DNA of 57,569 nt, counting the filler, from Catajapyx aquilonaris (taxonomy: Eukaryota): assembly GCA_000934665.2 (NCBI GenBank). It is 2 parts of 2 records of this genome, joined end to end, with 100 filler letters (N's around TTAATTAATTAA, not from the genome) between each part and the next. Parts side by side here need not be neighbours in the genome. Positions count along the whole stretch, not along the records: positions 1 to 28,784 come from JYFJ02004884.1; 1 more part is not named here. One strand, given 5' to 3'. Every line of letters starts with the position of its first letter. Within the stretch, counting starts at the first letter, position 1. The position numbers were made by a program, and so were the translations under genes. Positions 13,186 through 24,908 of the stretch are shown piece by piece. The notes beneath the pieces were generated by a model. That model did no database searches. It was not told where the DNA came from and saw only the letters and a list, made by a program, of their open reading frames with translations.

Positions 13186-13241
13186 GGGCCGGTTTCACCA
13201 AGCCCGGTTTTCATAAAAACCGGGCTTGGTGAAACCGGCCC
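13186..13241. mobile_element. 56-bp palindromic PIF/Harbinger-type MITE
   Basis: GGGCCGGTTTCACCAAGCCCGGTTTT-CATA-AAAACCGGGCTTGGTGAAACCGGCCC flanked by 3-bp direct repeat TGT. Confidence 0.7.
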
Positions 13242-15132
13242 TGTGTAGTTGGGCTGGTGGTGAAAACGTTTGACCTTGACGAGCCTGTTTCCCCCACCAG
13301 TGCAGCAGTGGACAGACCCGAAAGCTACACTGTAAAACTTGTATGTGCAGTGCCACAGTGCTATCTCATCTGGCCTTTCTCTCCCTGGTGACCTGGTCTA
13401 CCAGCAGGTGGCATATTAACAGTCAATATATTTTGACTTCTTCTCACATTGAGTAAAATAAACTTGCTACCACAATGCTACCAAGGTATGTTGATATTAA
13501 TTGTGATAACATTCTTCAGAGGTCTGATGGTTCCAGCACTTTGGAAAATGTTTCAGTCAAGTTGTGTACTTTGCAAATGAAAAGTAATGCTTACATAAGG
13601 ATGATCAGAATATATTCCACACCAATTAGATTTATTGCTAGCCCTATTTTTTACCTCCCTGTTTGTAAATATTAATTACCTTATTCAGTATCAATATACA
13701 TATGACTTCAAGCATTCCATGTTATCCTAATCAAGTGAATGAAAAGAATCATACTAAAACAATATATGTAACTCATCCCATAGCAAATTTTAAAATGTCA
13801 ATTGAGATCCATTCTGTCAAATTTGAACAAGCTCCTACAGGACTATATAGAATTGCCTTCATGAAGTGCGTAATTTTGATTGAATACAAAATAATGCGGA
13901 CCATCTGAGAAAACCGTCTTCTCTGCACTAGACATGAAAGTGAGATAAAGAAAACATCATTTCAAATAATCCATCTCTCTACCTAAAAATGATAAATACG
14001 GCGTTGACATAAATAACTAAAGTACCTATGTGTACTGAATGTGAAGGACTTACACATGCTGCATATTTCACTAATGAGAACTTTTAATTGAATAAAATGC
14101 GTTCAATCAGACAACTTCCTCTCTAGAATATTTTTCCCTCTACCTAGGTATTTACATGTGTGTATCAATCACCTTTAGGTGGACTACTGCATGCAACACA
14201 TCTGTACTTTTTTTCATTTCTTGCATTAATGATGCTTTTCTCAAATGGTCCACAAATGTATTTTAATCAGTGAGTTTCACTTGGAGACATTTATTAGCTG
14301 CAATTTTGTGACTGATATTAAAACTCCGTTATTATTATTTTCACCTCATTTGCAAATTAAACCCAATTTACATTTGGCGTGATGCGATAAGAGTCCTAAT
14401 ATTTATCCAGATTGAATGCATTGCTATCAATTATCATGCACAAAATGAGATCAAGGGGCAATAGTTTATTTGCTACTGCATTATACTCTGAAAATTGAAG
14501 ATGTTGAGGAGCCTTCATTTATCGGTAACTCTCTATAATCAAATTGTACTGCAGGCCTACTGTAGGCTACCTTAAGTTCAAGAATGGCTTCAAAGATGAC
14601 TATTGCTACATATTTGATCATTCTTGTGTCTCAGTTTTATGCTAGGTCCTACTGAAAGTTTTTCAAATGTAATCCTTCATTTCTCGGAAAGAATCATTAA
14701 TGTAACAAGAGCACATCGTATTGAAATATCAATCTAACATTATGTACAGCACCTCTGGAAATCACAACTAGAGTAATTTGAAGTCTTGTTTAAGGGACAA
14801 GTTAGTAAGAGAGACGCCACACAATAGGTTTGAAGAACAACGCAGTTACACTGCAAAAAATCTTACCACCCAAATACTGATATTCTCCTGTATTCGCATG
14901 CAAAACATTCCATGTCCGCTTCTCTTGCCAGGCTGAGAAAACACTCGAAGGCCACGAAGCTATCTGTGGCAACTCACGTCCCACATGCGTCCACTGGTTG
15001 CAAGCACTCCTAAGGACAGTCGCCTCCAAAACAGTCAAAGAAATCAATCATACCTCTCAATCACACCAATAACCACACACAATAGAAAACTCTCGAATGA
15101 TGTTCACTGAGTTACCATTCGTAAAACACGGA

Positions 15133-15285
15133 TCATTCATCATCATCTTCTTCACCGCCTTCTTTCAGCCCCATCTTCGCTTCGGCAGGCATATATTTGC
15201 GAAAGCAGTCATCAAAAAAATTCTCCATGGAACGGTAAAGGTGAGGTTTCACACCGTTCAAGTTGTGGTTCTCATCTGGGTATAC
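15133..15285 (-). CDS. DPP terminal coding exon (catalytic His)
   Basis: [52 protein letters not shown] acceptor at 15286-15287. Confidence 0.92.
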   Translation of the reverse strand, partial: VYPDENHNLNGVKPHLYRSMENFFDDCFRKYMPAEAKMGLKEGGEEDDDE

Positions 15286-18200
15286 CTGAAATTCAGGATC
15301 ACTTCACTAACCACTCACACAGTAGATGACGATACTTGTATTATTTAATACTGGTACTTTGGGACGACTACCTGAGTGACCACAGTACTGGTAGCTTGCT
15401 CACATCATTGTTCGCCTAAGGGTAAGAGTATGACTCTGGGTGAGATCTAGGATAGAGAGGTTTACTATCGACCCAGTTTAGCAATATCGGTATAGAGTCG
15501 AAAGAGGGCTGGGTTGATTGCCAGGTCATTCAAAATGTCAACGAGAGACATCACTCACTTGGGCCAGCAATTCGTTTCCATGCTTCAATTTTAATCTATA
15601 GAGAGAGTTCAAAATGCCAAGAAACGCGTAATTAACACATTTTGTGAAGGTTGAAATAATGTGAAATCCGATGGAACTTTGAAAATATATTGCACTTGGC
15701 ACTTGTCCCTTATCAGTACCCTACTCTACTAGACTTCGAACAAGTCACTGTTTACCAAAGTTGCTTTAGAGAACTTTTTGTCCCAACTTTGCGCCTAGTC
15801 GTAATTTCTAAACTTCTTTTACAAGAAACACTTGGGCAATGCAAACTCTTACCTTTATATAATCTTAAAATCAGAGTTGTTATAGGGGTAAGCTGACACA
15901 TGGGGGAGGTTGAAGCAAAGATAATAACTACTCAGCAATCCTGAATTGACTCCTTTCGCCTTCCCCATCCATCAACTGTGATATTGTACCACCGTAATGC
16001 CAACGAAGTGAGATTTTTTTCAGCTTGTCGGGTAAGTTTTTGTGATTCTTGAATAGCTTGTGTAAAAGCAAGCAGTCAATCTACATCCATGAAAACAAAT
16101 ACATGCATCATGAAGAAACTATTGGGCATACAACCATGCATTAGTTTTATTATCAAATAACTTATGCAAATTATATAGACATGTTTTTGAAAAAATCCCT
16201 GTAGAGTGAATGGTCGAAGATGGTGCAGTGGATGGTCAAACAGAAAACTAAACTAGGAGAAGAGACGGTGCCCAAGTATGCTGGAACTACGGAGGATCTA
16301 AGCAAGAACAGATGGATCATTCCATGTCAATTCACCGATCTTCCAAGGATTTTTGACCCTTGGGTTGTAAGATCATGACGAAAATCGGAATGTCGGTTTA
16401 ATTATTACATCCCAGAAGAATACCATTTGCGCGATTTTGGGATTTTCTCCCCCACCCCCCCGCCGCCCACCCGTTACGAAGATACGCACTCTCGAAAAAA
16501 GCTCCTTAATTCGGAAAATAGGGGTTTCATAAATCGGCCATATCTGGTGAACCAATATATTGAGCTACAGATGTCGCCGACCATTCGATTTGAAGGGATT
16601 CGTGAGCCCAATCTACCTCAAACATATAAATGCGGATTGTGACTTTTTTGATACTTTAGTCCCACTTTGAAAATTTTGAAAAATAAAACGTTAACACAAA
16701 TTAAAAATTTTGATTTTTAAATATGTTGTAGCTAAGACCCTTTTCTTGAGAGAGAAAAGGATGTATGTGGTAATTTTCCATTTAAGGAAGAAAATATATT
16801 GCATTTGAAGGAACGCATGTGCGCCAAAATTACACCAGGCACCAAATCTCATATCGATTCTGCTGGAAGCAAAATTGGACACAAGTCCAAACCGGGCCTT
16901 TTCAGACTAATTCGACCCCTTTTATTTCGGAAATCGACGTTAGCAGCCTGGATGTTGGGTCTTTGTAGCTTAAAACAAGATGTAGTCCAATGTTACGATA
17001 AATAAGGGGGGAAGTTTTTTGTTTTGCCTGGAACTCTTTGCTTTCATTTTACTGCGCTTTTTGGGATAGGATAGGGACGGAAGGAAGCGGCTGTGGCCTA
17101 TTAATTACGGAAGCAACTCCGGAATTTTCCTGTAAGGACCGTGGGAAACCACAGAAAACCACGGTCAGAGTTGCCGGCCCCGGGATTTCATCCCAGGACC
17201 TCCCGATTAGCAGTCGGACACCATATCCCCTCCTCCAAACTGCTTCGGTGGACAGTCTTATATATATTAGTCTACGTATAGACGAGACTTTTCAAGTTCG
17301 TAAATCTACCTGCCGTTTCACATTTTAGACTTCCGGTGTCGTCATATGACTTTGAGTCACTTGTGGTTGACCTTAGCGACCCAGAAAACCCCTAAAACCA
17401 TACGTCACTTGCCCCATATAGGGTAAATATTCGTGAATAGCTAGCTTTTAATTCTTCTCCTTTATAGATAAGATAATGCCACCGAAGCAGTACTGATGGA
17501 GTGGGATATGGTGTCCGACTGCTAATCGGGAGGTCCTGGGTTCGAGTCCCGGAGGCCGGCGCGGCGGTCCTGACCGTGGTTTTCTGTGGTTTTCCAAGGT
17601 CGCCCCAGGAAAAATTCCGGGATCATACCGTAAAATAGGCCACAGCCGCTTCCTTCCTTTCCTATCCTTGTCCTGTCCATGAGGAGGTGCGGTGTCTGTG
17701 GGAGATTTCTGACCCGCACCCAGGGGAGTGTCTTGGAGCTTGGCCCCTTGGGGAACTGCACAGGACCCCCAAATTTCGGACATCGCACTTGCACCCGCTC
17801 CCCCCCTCCCCCTCACAAATCCCTATCCTGCACCGGGTGAGAAAAAAAATGCGACGAGAATTTCGTAATAAAAAATGGTGGTAACCCCCCCCCCCNCTAA
17901 AAGGGCTCTGTTCCCTCTCTGAATCCCTTCAAATGGGGAGGTGTGGTGGCCGAGATGGTAACGTCTCGGCTTGCTGTGTGAAAGGCCCCAGGTTCGATCC
18001 CCGCCTGGGGAACTTTCCTTTCACTTGCGTCAGGAGGGTCTCTGACCTGCACCAAGGAGGTGTCTGGCAACCTAACCTCCTGGGGAACAGCACATGACCC
18101 ATAGCTACGACATTGCACCTTGCACCCATGTTCTCTCCCCAAAAATCCCTATCCTTTCCCATTGTCCCTGTTTCCTTGCACCGAAGTTGAGATAATTGAA

Positions 18201-21200
18201 TAAATAAATAAATAAAGGTTCATGCGATATACCCCCGTTTGGGGGTGAAAGCATTACCCACAATTATTATTATAATAATTATTATAATCCCTTCAAATCG
18301 AATGGTCGGCGACATCTGTAGCTCAATATATTGGTATGGCCGGAGATATGGCCGATTGATGAAACCCCTATTTTCCGAAAAGACGCGAAAGGTGCGAAAA
18401 GGCCGCTGTTTCGGGAGGGCGTATCTTAGGAACGGGAGGAGGGGGGTAAATCGCAAAACCGCGCAAATGGTATTCTTCTGGGATGAAATTAAACCGACAG
18501 GCCGATTTTCGTCATGATCTGACAACCCAAAGGTACGGGGCTTGGTGAGTTGACATGTAATGACCCAGATGACAGAAAGTTGGCATAAAACGTGATGTCT
18601 GCAGGTTAATACAAGGGTTAATACGTTTACCCTTGACTCTACAATGGAGGCACACCTGCTGTCGGAAGAGTATTCCGTTCACTGTCAAGGCCCTTGAGAG
18701 CATCATGCTCTGCTGGAAATGAACGTTGTCGTCGGCAGTGCCGTGAATCAAGTAGAACATTTTGTCTCGAAAATGCTCCACCTGTCTCGTGATGTCAGCT
18801 TCTTCGTAACCCTTGTAGTTACCCGTCACATTTGGTGAGCCCATATATCTCTCTGTATACACTGAATCTGTAAAATAAAACTACTGTGAAGCCACCAGTC
18901 ACACATCCTGAGATTTTATACACAAAATATCTTACCGTAGAGCCGCCAATTTGTAACTGGAGCTATCGCTATGCCGCACTTGAACACATCTTGTTCTCGT
19001 GCCATTGCCATAGAAGCCACAAATCCTCCGTAACTCCATCCAAAAATGGCGACTCTACGCTCGTCGACGTAGTGTTTGGTTTCTGCCAGGTACCTGAAAA
19101 ATTAGTACCGGTACTGTAACTTCTGATTTTATATTGGGGACTCAAATGAAACCCGTTCTTGGCGTCTAGCGAGGATACTACTGAACGCAGGGACATGGAA
19201 TTTCTACCAGAGCAAGATAGTACCAGTATTTTCTAAAATTCTGGAATGCATAGGTAAGAGCCTGCGCGCGCATACCAAGAACACCGCCGCAGCCAATCCA
19301 GGATGGTGTGCACACTGTCGGGCGTGCCCAAGCGGGATCAGCGCATCGTTCTTCAATTTCTGATGGCCGAGGGCAATAGACCCGTGGAATTCTATAGGAG
19401 GATGCTCACCGTGTACGGTGCATCCAACTCTTCAAGTAAGTGAGATGCACCCACAATCCCTCCTTATCAGCTGGTACACACGTGTAATGATGGAAGGTGT
19501 GATTGTGAGGCGAGCCTGGCCTGGTCGGGGAAGGTCAGCAGTGGATTGTCTGCCATCTCGGAATCCTGAACCATTCTACGATGGTAGTCTTTGCCACATA
19601 GCTGGCAGGTAACCCCCTAAGCATCCTCCGATGGATTTTCGCTGGTCTGTTGCCCTTGGCCGTCAGAAATTGAATGACAATGCTCTGATCCAGCTTTGGC
19701 ACGCTCGACAGTGCGCACGCCATTTTGGATTGTCTGAGGAGGCGTTCTTGGTATCCGCGCGCAGGCTCTTACATGTGCATTTAGAAGGTATTGGTACTAT
19801 CTTGCTCTGGTATTGGTCCCATATTTCTCTGATATGAATTCCAAGTCCCTGCGTTCAGTAAATATTATCCTCTCTAGACGCCAAGAACGGGTTTCATTTG
19901 ATTCACCCAATATAATTATACTTTGAAGTACATCAATATTACAGAGCCCTTGACACTTACAAGTAGTTTGGAGGGGGGGGGTGGATAAAATTTTAATACG
20001 GCTGCTACATACAATATTGTGCTTCATTTTCCGCAACTACCAAGTAACGTAGGCCCTATATGCTACGAGTATTTTATCCATTTTTGTAGCAACATTACAT
20101 GCAAGCCATTATGCCATGGCGATAGGTAAAATTAGTTTGGGTTTGATAGGAAATTTTGTTACATCTTACAATATTAATGCATAAGACGATTTGTATTATT
20201 CACACATCCTTACTTTGCTACTGCCAACTGGTCTTCCACTTCTGCAGCTCCCAGATGCAGATACACTTCTCGAAGAAGGCGGAGTCCTTGGCCTCCGGAT
20301 CCTCTGCCATCAACTTGGGCCACAATAAAATTCTTCTTCCCAGCCAAATAGCTGGCCCAATCCAAATTCCACCTGTCGGTAACTAATTGGCTTCCTGGAC
20401 CCCCGTACCTGAAATATTTATAATAATCAATACTAATAAGGGGAGATTGGAAAGGCTTGAATCATAAAGTTTAATTTTCTGGGCGTGTACAGGCCAATTA
20501 GACAGCCGGGAAGATGATACGCCATGTTAATACTCGAACTGTTGCACTAACGCGTTGTTATGCGACGAATTTTTCAGGACACTCACTTATTTGCATTTCT
20601 CCATTAATCTTACATATTATTTTTTTTAATTCACTACACCATCATCTCCTGCTAGTACAAATGTATAGAGTCTTAGGCATAAGGTACTGTACATAGAGAA
20701 AAGTAGATGGTGAAATAAACATCCATTGGAGAGATTTTTAAAGACTGTAGTGTAAATTTTACCAAGATAAGCAATGTCGTCATATTTTTCTCCATTTAAT
20801 ATTGACCTTAAATAGGAGACGGAGTGATAACGTATGCGCCCACGGATGTTAGGGTCCCGGGTTCGATACCAACCCGGGGTCTTCCCCCATCATCTCGTGC
20901 AGAGTTGGGTCGTCTCTGGCTTCGTCTCGGGTGGAATCTCCGATAGACTAATCCACCCGGGGAGTTCACCAAATGTACCACGTTATAGAATATAGACATT
21001 GCACTGGCCCATTTCTCATCCCCTCCCAGTCATCCCGCCCGTGAGCCCGGGTGCTTCGCAAAAGGTTCCGATATGTAGCCTACTATATCGCTCAAAAACA
21101 TAGAGACGATTTTGCATTTGATTCAATTGCAGGCTGCACTTGAGTCAAATGCAAAATCATCTCTATGATTTTGAGCGTTATAGTATACATACTGTACAAT

Positions 21201-22105
21201 ATATTATTGACTCACAATAAAGATCTGTCCGATACACCCGACAGGGTGAAAGCACTACCCACGATTATTATTGATCTTATATCTCCACCTACTACTCTGT
21301 AAAACATAAGACTTTACCAATGTGTTTTGCAGGACATTGCGAATTTACCTTTCGTGTAATTCTTATGCAAATCTAGATTAATTTCCAAATTTACCATTCA
21401 AGGATATACGTAGTTCCCAGTTACTGTTATACTGCACTTCAATATACATTATTCAGCTTTTTCGATCAAGACGAATATAATTCACCCTGAAAACAATATC
21501 ACACCAAGACGTGATATGCAGAGAAATCACAGCAAAATTTTGGTCGATATTGAGTTAGGCATCTCGTAATGCAGTTATCAACAAATATACTTCCTGGCTA
21601 TCAATTCTGTTTTTAAGAGCAAAATTGCAACCTCCCAGAGAAATGTTTGAAATCAAATTATTCCATAAAGGAAAATGAAATCAAACTTCACGTCGTCACA
21701 TGTCCACATCTTTAGACTTTGGCTGTTAATTCTGCATGTCTGGTCGCTCATCAAACCCCGTGCCACAAAATCATTACAGGGTAGTGTCATCAACTCACAG
21801 TAACTCAGAAGTAGGTCCGAACATTAATAATTTATTATAATAAGTCATAACCGGTCTTCCAGCTTTAGTCGAGAGAAGTTGAGATAATTCTTGTCACCAC
21901 TTTTGGAGCAGGTAGTATGTTTATATTACTACCGGCTCGAAAAGTGCTGACAAGGATTCTCTTGTGGCAAATGAAGAAAAGGCTGTGTTTCTGCATACAC
22001 TTTCGTAAATTCTTGTGTCAAATTCGACCACTTTTGGGTGATAGGTATAGAGGGTGGGTCATAAACGTCAACAAGTTTAGTCAAAGTACCCTCCCATGAC
22101 CAAAT

Positions 22106-22185
<80 letters not shown>

Positions 22186-24908
22186 TTGGGTGTAGGCCCA
22201 TGACCAAATGTTTTTAGGCACATGTTGACCAATCAGATTGAATCTCTGACATAGACAAACATGACAGCATAAGTTTATCTCACAACCTTCTTAGCTCTCA
22301 GCGGTGATTTTAATACAGAGATTATTACTTGCATGACGTATGTCGATACGTATGTAGACTTGAAGAGAGAACAGAACGTGATGCCAGCGTTTGGACAATA
22401 TCACAAAATCCAACAACCTATTATACAAGAAAACAAACTGATATAACATACAGGCCTATACTTATGTTCCTAATATTTTTCATCAGGTTACTGTATAGAA
22501 GTAATCTCAAATAATAGGTACCACACCAGAAACGGCAATAAACGTTTTTTGTACAATTAATCGTTTTACTGTCGCTTACATGATGCGAGCCTTTTCACCG
22601 TCTTACTGAGTAATGACCAGCCGATCAAATAATTCACTTCTGTAGCCTATGACCCAATGCAATAGACAACAATAGGGGAGGGAGAAATGGGCTACATGCT
22701 AAGCTGTTATAGAGTACACTTACATAATGAATGATAAAAGATTTCATATGATACCGTAGGACGAGATTCCCAAGCCGGGAATCGAACCCGGGCCTCCTGG
22801 ATGAATAACCAGGTATCCTAGCCACTGGACCACTTGGGAGTCAGTTCAGGTGGTAATGGTCATGATGAAGGGCAGGCAATAAGTTTTGTAGTGGCATATT
22901 TTGACTTACACTTGCACAACAAGAGGGTACTTGGTGATCTCCTCAGTTCGTAGTCCTGGTGGCAAAAAGAGTCGCACTTGTGCCACGAATCCGCCAGCTA
23001 TTTCAGCTCCAAATTGCTCCACTTGTGGAAATGCCACCGTTGCTGCCCGTTCACGAAGGAGGGTGTTATTTTGTAGCACCTATTCAAAATAAGAAGAAAT
23101 TTTTTTATTACTTGTCTATACATGAATTATTATAACATACATCTTGATGCAGTATAATAGGCATATTACGCACCCCATCCCATTAACTGGGAGTCAAATA
23201 TTGCCGTATGTGACCTGCAAAAGGCTCTAGTTGTTTGGAATATGATCATGAAAATACTGATGTGTCATCATTTATTTTGACGGAGACGTTTAGACCCCGC
23301 CCATACGAGCATCATCTCCAAATTACATGGAATAGTATTGGAACCGTATTAACTGCTGCAGCAGTTTCAACACTCCGAGTGCAGCGCTGTGAACTGCATT
23401 TGTGTTTAAACCTTCTATTTGTCACCGTTTTTATGTGGATTGGTAGAGAGACTACAAGTAGACTATGTAGAAGGAAGATTTCGAAATAGGAATAAGGTAA
23501 ATGAATAACACTAACCATCAAAACGGAATTGTTTGTCACTGAATTAAGAGTGACATATGGTACATCAGGCCCCAAACACTCCAAGACATAGTATTGGAAG
23601 GAGGAGCTGAAGCTTCCTTGATGGTAGAGACACCTGGACTGAGTGGTGTTTTCTACATCCAGGTCACAGGTGAGGCATTCGGGCGTTCGGGCGTTGAAGG
23701 GCCTCTCCGCCATCACACTGTAAATATGCTGCTGCCCAGGTCTACCAGGCGGTGTCGCTGCGTAGAATCTGATGCAGTAGCAGAGGAACAACATAGAACA
23801 ACATTAAAATTGTCAACATTTCTTGTGTATAACAATACTCGCCAAAACTCCACTTACACGCGGTTTCTGCTCTGATCCCAGCCCAGAATCTTCCGGACCT
23901 CAAAATCGCCATATGTTATCTGATCGCTGCGCTTCTGTTGAATATTGACAAGGGTCACGTGCAAGAAGAAGCCTTTGTCTCCATCCAGAACAGGTGCTCG
24001 GATTAGGTAACTGTTCCCATCTCGAGAAAACACTGGGGGCTCGTACATTTCCACCCAGCCTCGAGTTTCAGACGATATCCGTTGTGTCTGAGAAAGCGGT
24101 GCATGCGAGGGTGCATGATTATAACTGGAGCAGCTGATGAAGTAGGCTATCTATACAGTAGTGAGCCCAGCAAACACTACACCACCTGTAGCTGCTATGA
24201 TTATAACTGAAGCAAGCCAAATTTGTTGTCATTTTAAGGCGATATCTACAGTATTGTGGGTAGCCTATCGTGGCCACATTTGGATGCAGTAAATAATATC
24301 GCCGTAAGAAATAATAATCCGGAAAGCTTCGACTTATGGACAGCCAACCAACTCAATTTTACAGGTTAAAGCAGCTCACTGTTGTCATATATTTAGCATG
24401 TACGGAATATGGGGTATCATGGAAGAAAGTTTCCGTTTTACGTTTTCAACACGTTATACTAATTAAGAAATAACTTAATGCTAATTTGTTTCATTAGTTA
24501 CGAATGAGCAACTATTTGAATTTCTTCGATCTTTAATGTACACTTAGTACAGTATGTACAGGTACGCCTACTTGATATTTTCTGAATGTATCATATTAAT
24601 TGTTGCGTAGTGCAGCATGTCATACATTCATTATTTATTGTCACTTTGGAGAAGCACCAAATTTATGAGGCTACTCAGACTATGAGACACAGTCATGATT
24701 ATGTATGCATGTATCGTATTTCATTCACTCAGCCAATATTTTGTGGCACGTAAAAGATTGGGTATATGTTAAAAATAATCTCACCTCTTGACAAAACCAA
24801 ATGTTGCTTCTACAAATAGTAACAAGGCTAAGATTTTGAGCCCTGTTCATCCATACTACAGCCACTTGGTCGTTGTTAACCCATCGCACAGCCGTAAAGT
24901 AATGGTCC
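15133..24908 (-). CDS. Dipeptidyl peptidase 4/10-like serine peptidase (family S9B), 3' portion, 8 exons; 5' exons not found in window
   Basis: Exons 24785-24908, 23858-24087, 23516-23768, 22910-23079, 20214-20408, 18936-19093, 18656-18867, 15133-15285, all GT-AG with consistent phases. Motifs [76 protein letters not shown]; stop TGA at 15133-15135. Confidence 0.95.
17014..17250 (-). mobile_element. tRNA-derived SINE family A copy
   Basis: Reverse complement closely matches 10833-11065. Confidence 0.85.
17480..17849 (+). mobile_element. Mosaic SINE: family A head and core with family B-like body
   Basis: 5' half matches the 10833 copy (B box GGTTCGAGTCCC); 3' half TCTGACCCGCACCAGGGGAGTGTCT..GACATCGCACTTGCACCC resembles 18040-18127. 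Confidence 0.75.
17935..18285 (+). mobile_element. tRNA-derived SINE family B
   Basis: Head GGGGAGGTGTGGTGGCCGAGATGGTAACG..GGTTCGATCCC; 13-bp TSD AATCCCTTCAAAT (17922-17934, 18286-18298); near-identical head and body at 37777. Confidence 0.88.
18656..18867 (-). CDS. DPP exon (catalytic Asp)
   Basis: [71 protein letters not shown]. Confidence 0.95.
18936..19093 (-). CDS. DPP exon (catalytic Ser, GWSYGG)
   Basis: [52 protein letters not shown]. Confidence 0.95.
19134..19910. mobile_element. Mariner-derived foldback element built from two inverted 5' ends
   Basis: TA|TTGGGGACTCAAATGAAACCCGTTCTTGGCGTCTAG..CTAGACGCCAAGAACGGGTTTCATTTGATTCACCCAA|TA. Both arms encode a mariner transposase N-terminus: plus strand from 19303 [39 protein letters not shown]; minus ORF 19535-19723 [35 protein letters not shown]. 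Confidence 0.85.
20214..20408 (-). CDS. DPP exon
   Basis: [65 protein letters not shown]. Confidence 0.95.
20815..21272 (+). mobile_element. tRNA-derived SINE family C with hairpin-containing 3' module
   Basis: B box GGTTCGATACC; body CGTGCAGAGTTGGG..CCACCCGGGGAGTTCAC shared with the 27499 and 57053 copies; 3' module shared with the 9646 SINE. Confidence 0.78.
22108..22186. repeat. (AAT)n microsatellite
   Basis: About 26 perfect TAA units; CCCATGACCAAATGT occurs on both sides (possible TSD of a retro-element tail). Confidence 0.92.
22767..22839 (-). tRNA. tRNA-Glu-like gene or pseudogene with an 8-nt anticodon loop
   Basis: Reverse complement TCCCAAGTGGTCCAGTGGCTAGGATACCTGGTTATTCATCCAGGAGGCCCGGGTTCGATTCCCGGCTTGGGAA: perfect 7-bp acceptor, 5-bp anticodon and 5-bp T stems; loop TTATTCAT; T4 run 27 nt downstream (22736-22739). 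Confidence 0.75.
22910..23079 (-). CDS. DPP exon
   Basis: [57 protein letters not shown]. Confidence 0.92.
23516..23768 (-). CDS. DPP exon (beta-propeller, Cys-rich)
   Basis: [55 protein letters not shown]. Confidence 0.93.
23858..24087 (-). CDS. DPP exon (beta-propeller)
   Basis: [66 protein letters not shown]. Confidence 0.93.
24785..24908 (-). CDS. DPP exon (most 5' exon recognised)
   Basis: [43 protein letters not shown] acceptor at 24909-24910, so upstream exons exist elsewhere. Confidence 0.92.

Larger units (their letters stand above)
16356..18534. mobile_element. TIR element (about 250-bp inverted arms) in the last DPP intron, carrying three SINE insertions
   Basis: 16356-16610 is the reverse complement of 18286-18534 (TTGGGTTGT(A/C)AGATCATGACGAAAATCGG..ATGTCGCCGACCATTCGATTTGAAGGGATT); superfamily not resolved. 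Confidence 0.75.

Noticed and set aside
5300..15100. Numerous 60-120 aa ORFs downstream of the DPP stop
   Set aside because: No homology, splice logic or compositional support; likely 3' UTR or intergenic DNA
21929..22207. Poly-Tyr ORF (also the poly-Tyr/poly-Asn ORFs at 27755-28023 and the Asn-rich ORF 12530-12856)
   Set aside because: Translations of AAT/TTA microsatellites
24123..24145. AACTGGAGCAGCTGATGAAGTA, duplicated at about 26091; contains a hammerhead-like CTGATGA
   Set aside because: No convincing stem II-GAAA core could be folded; treated as a short local duplication
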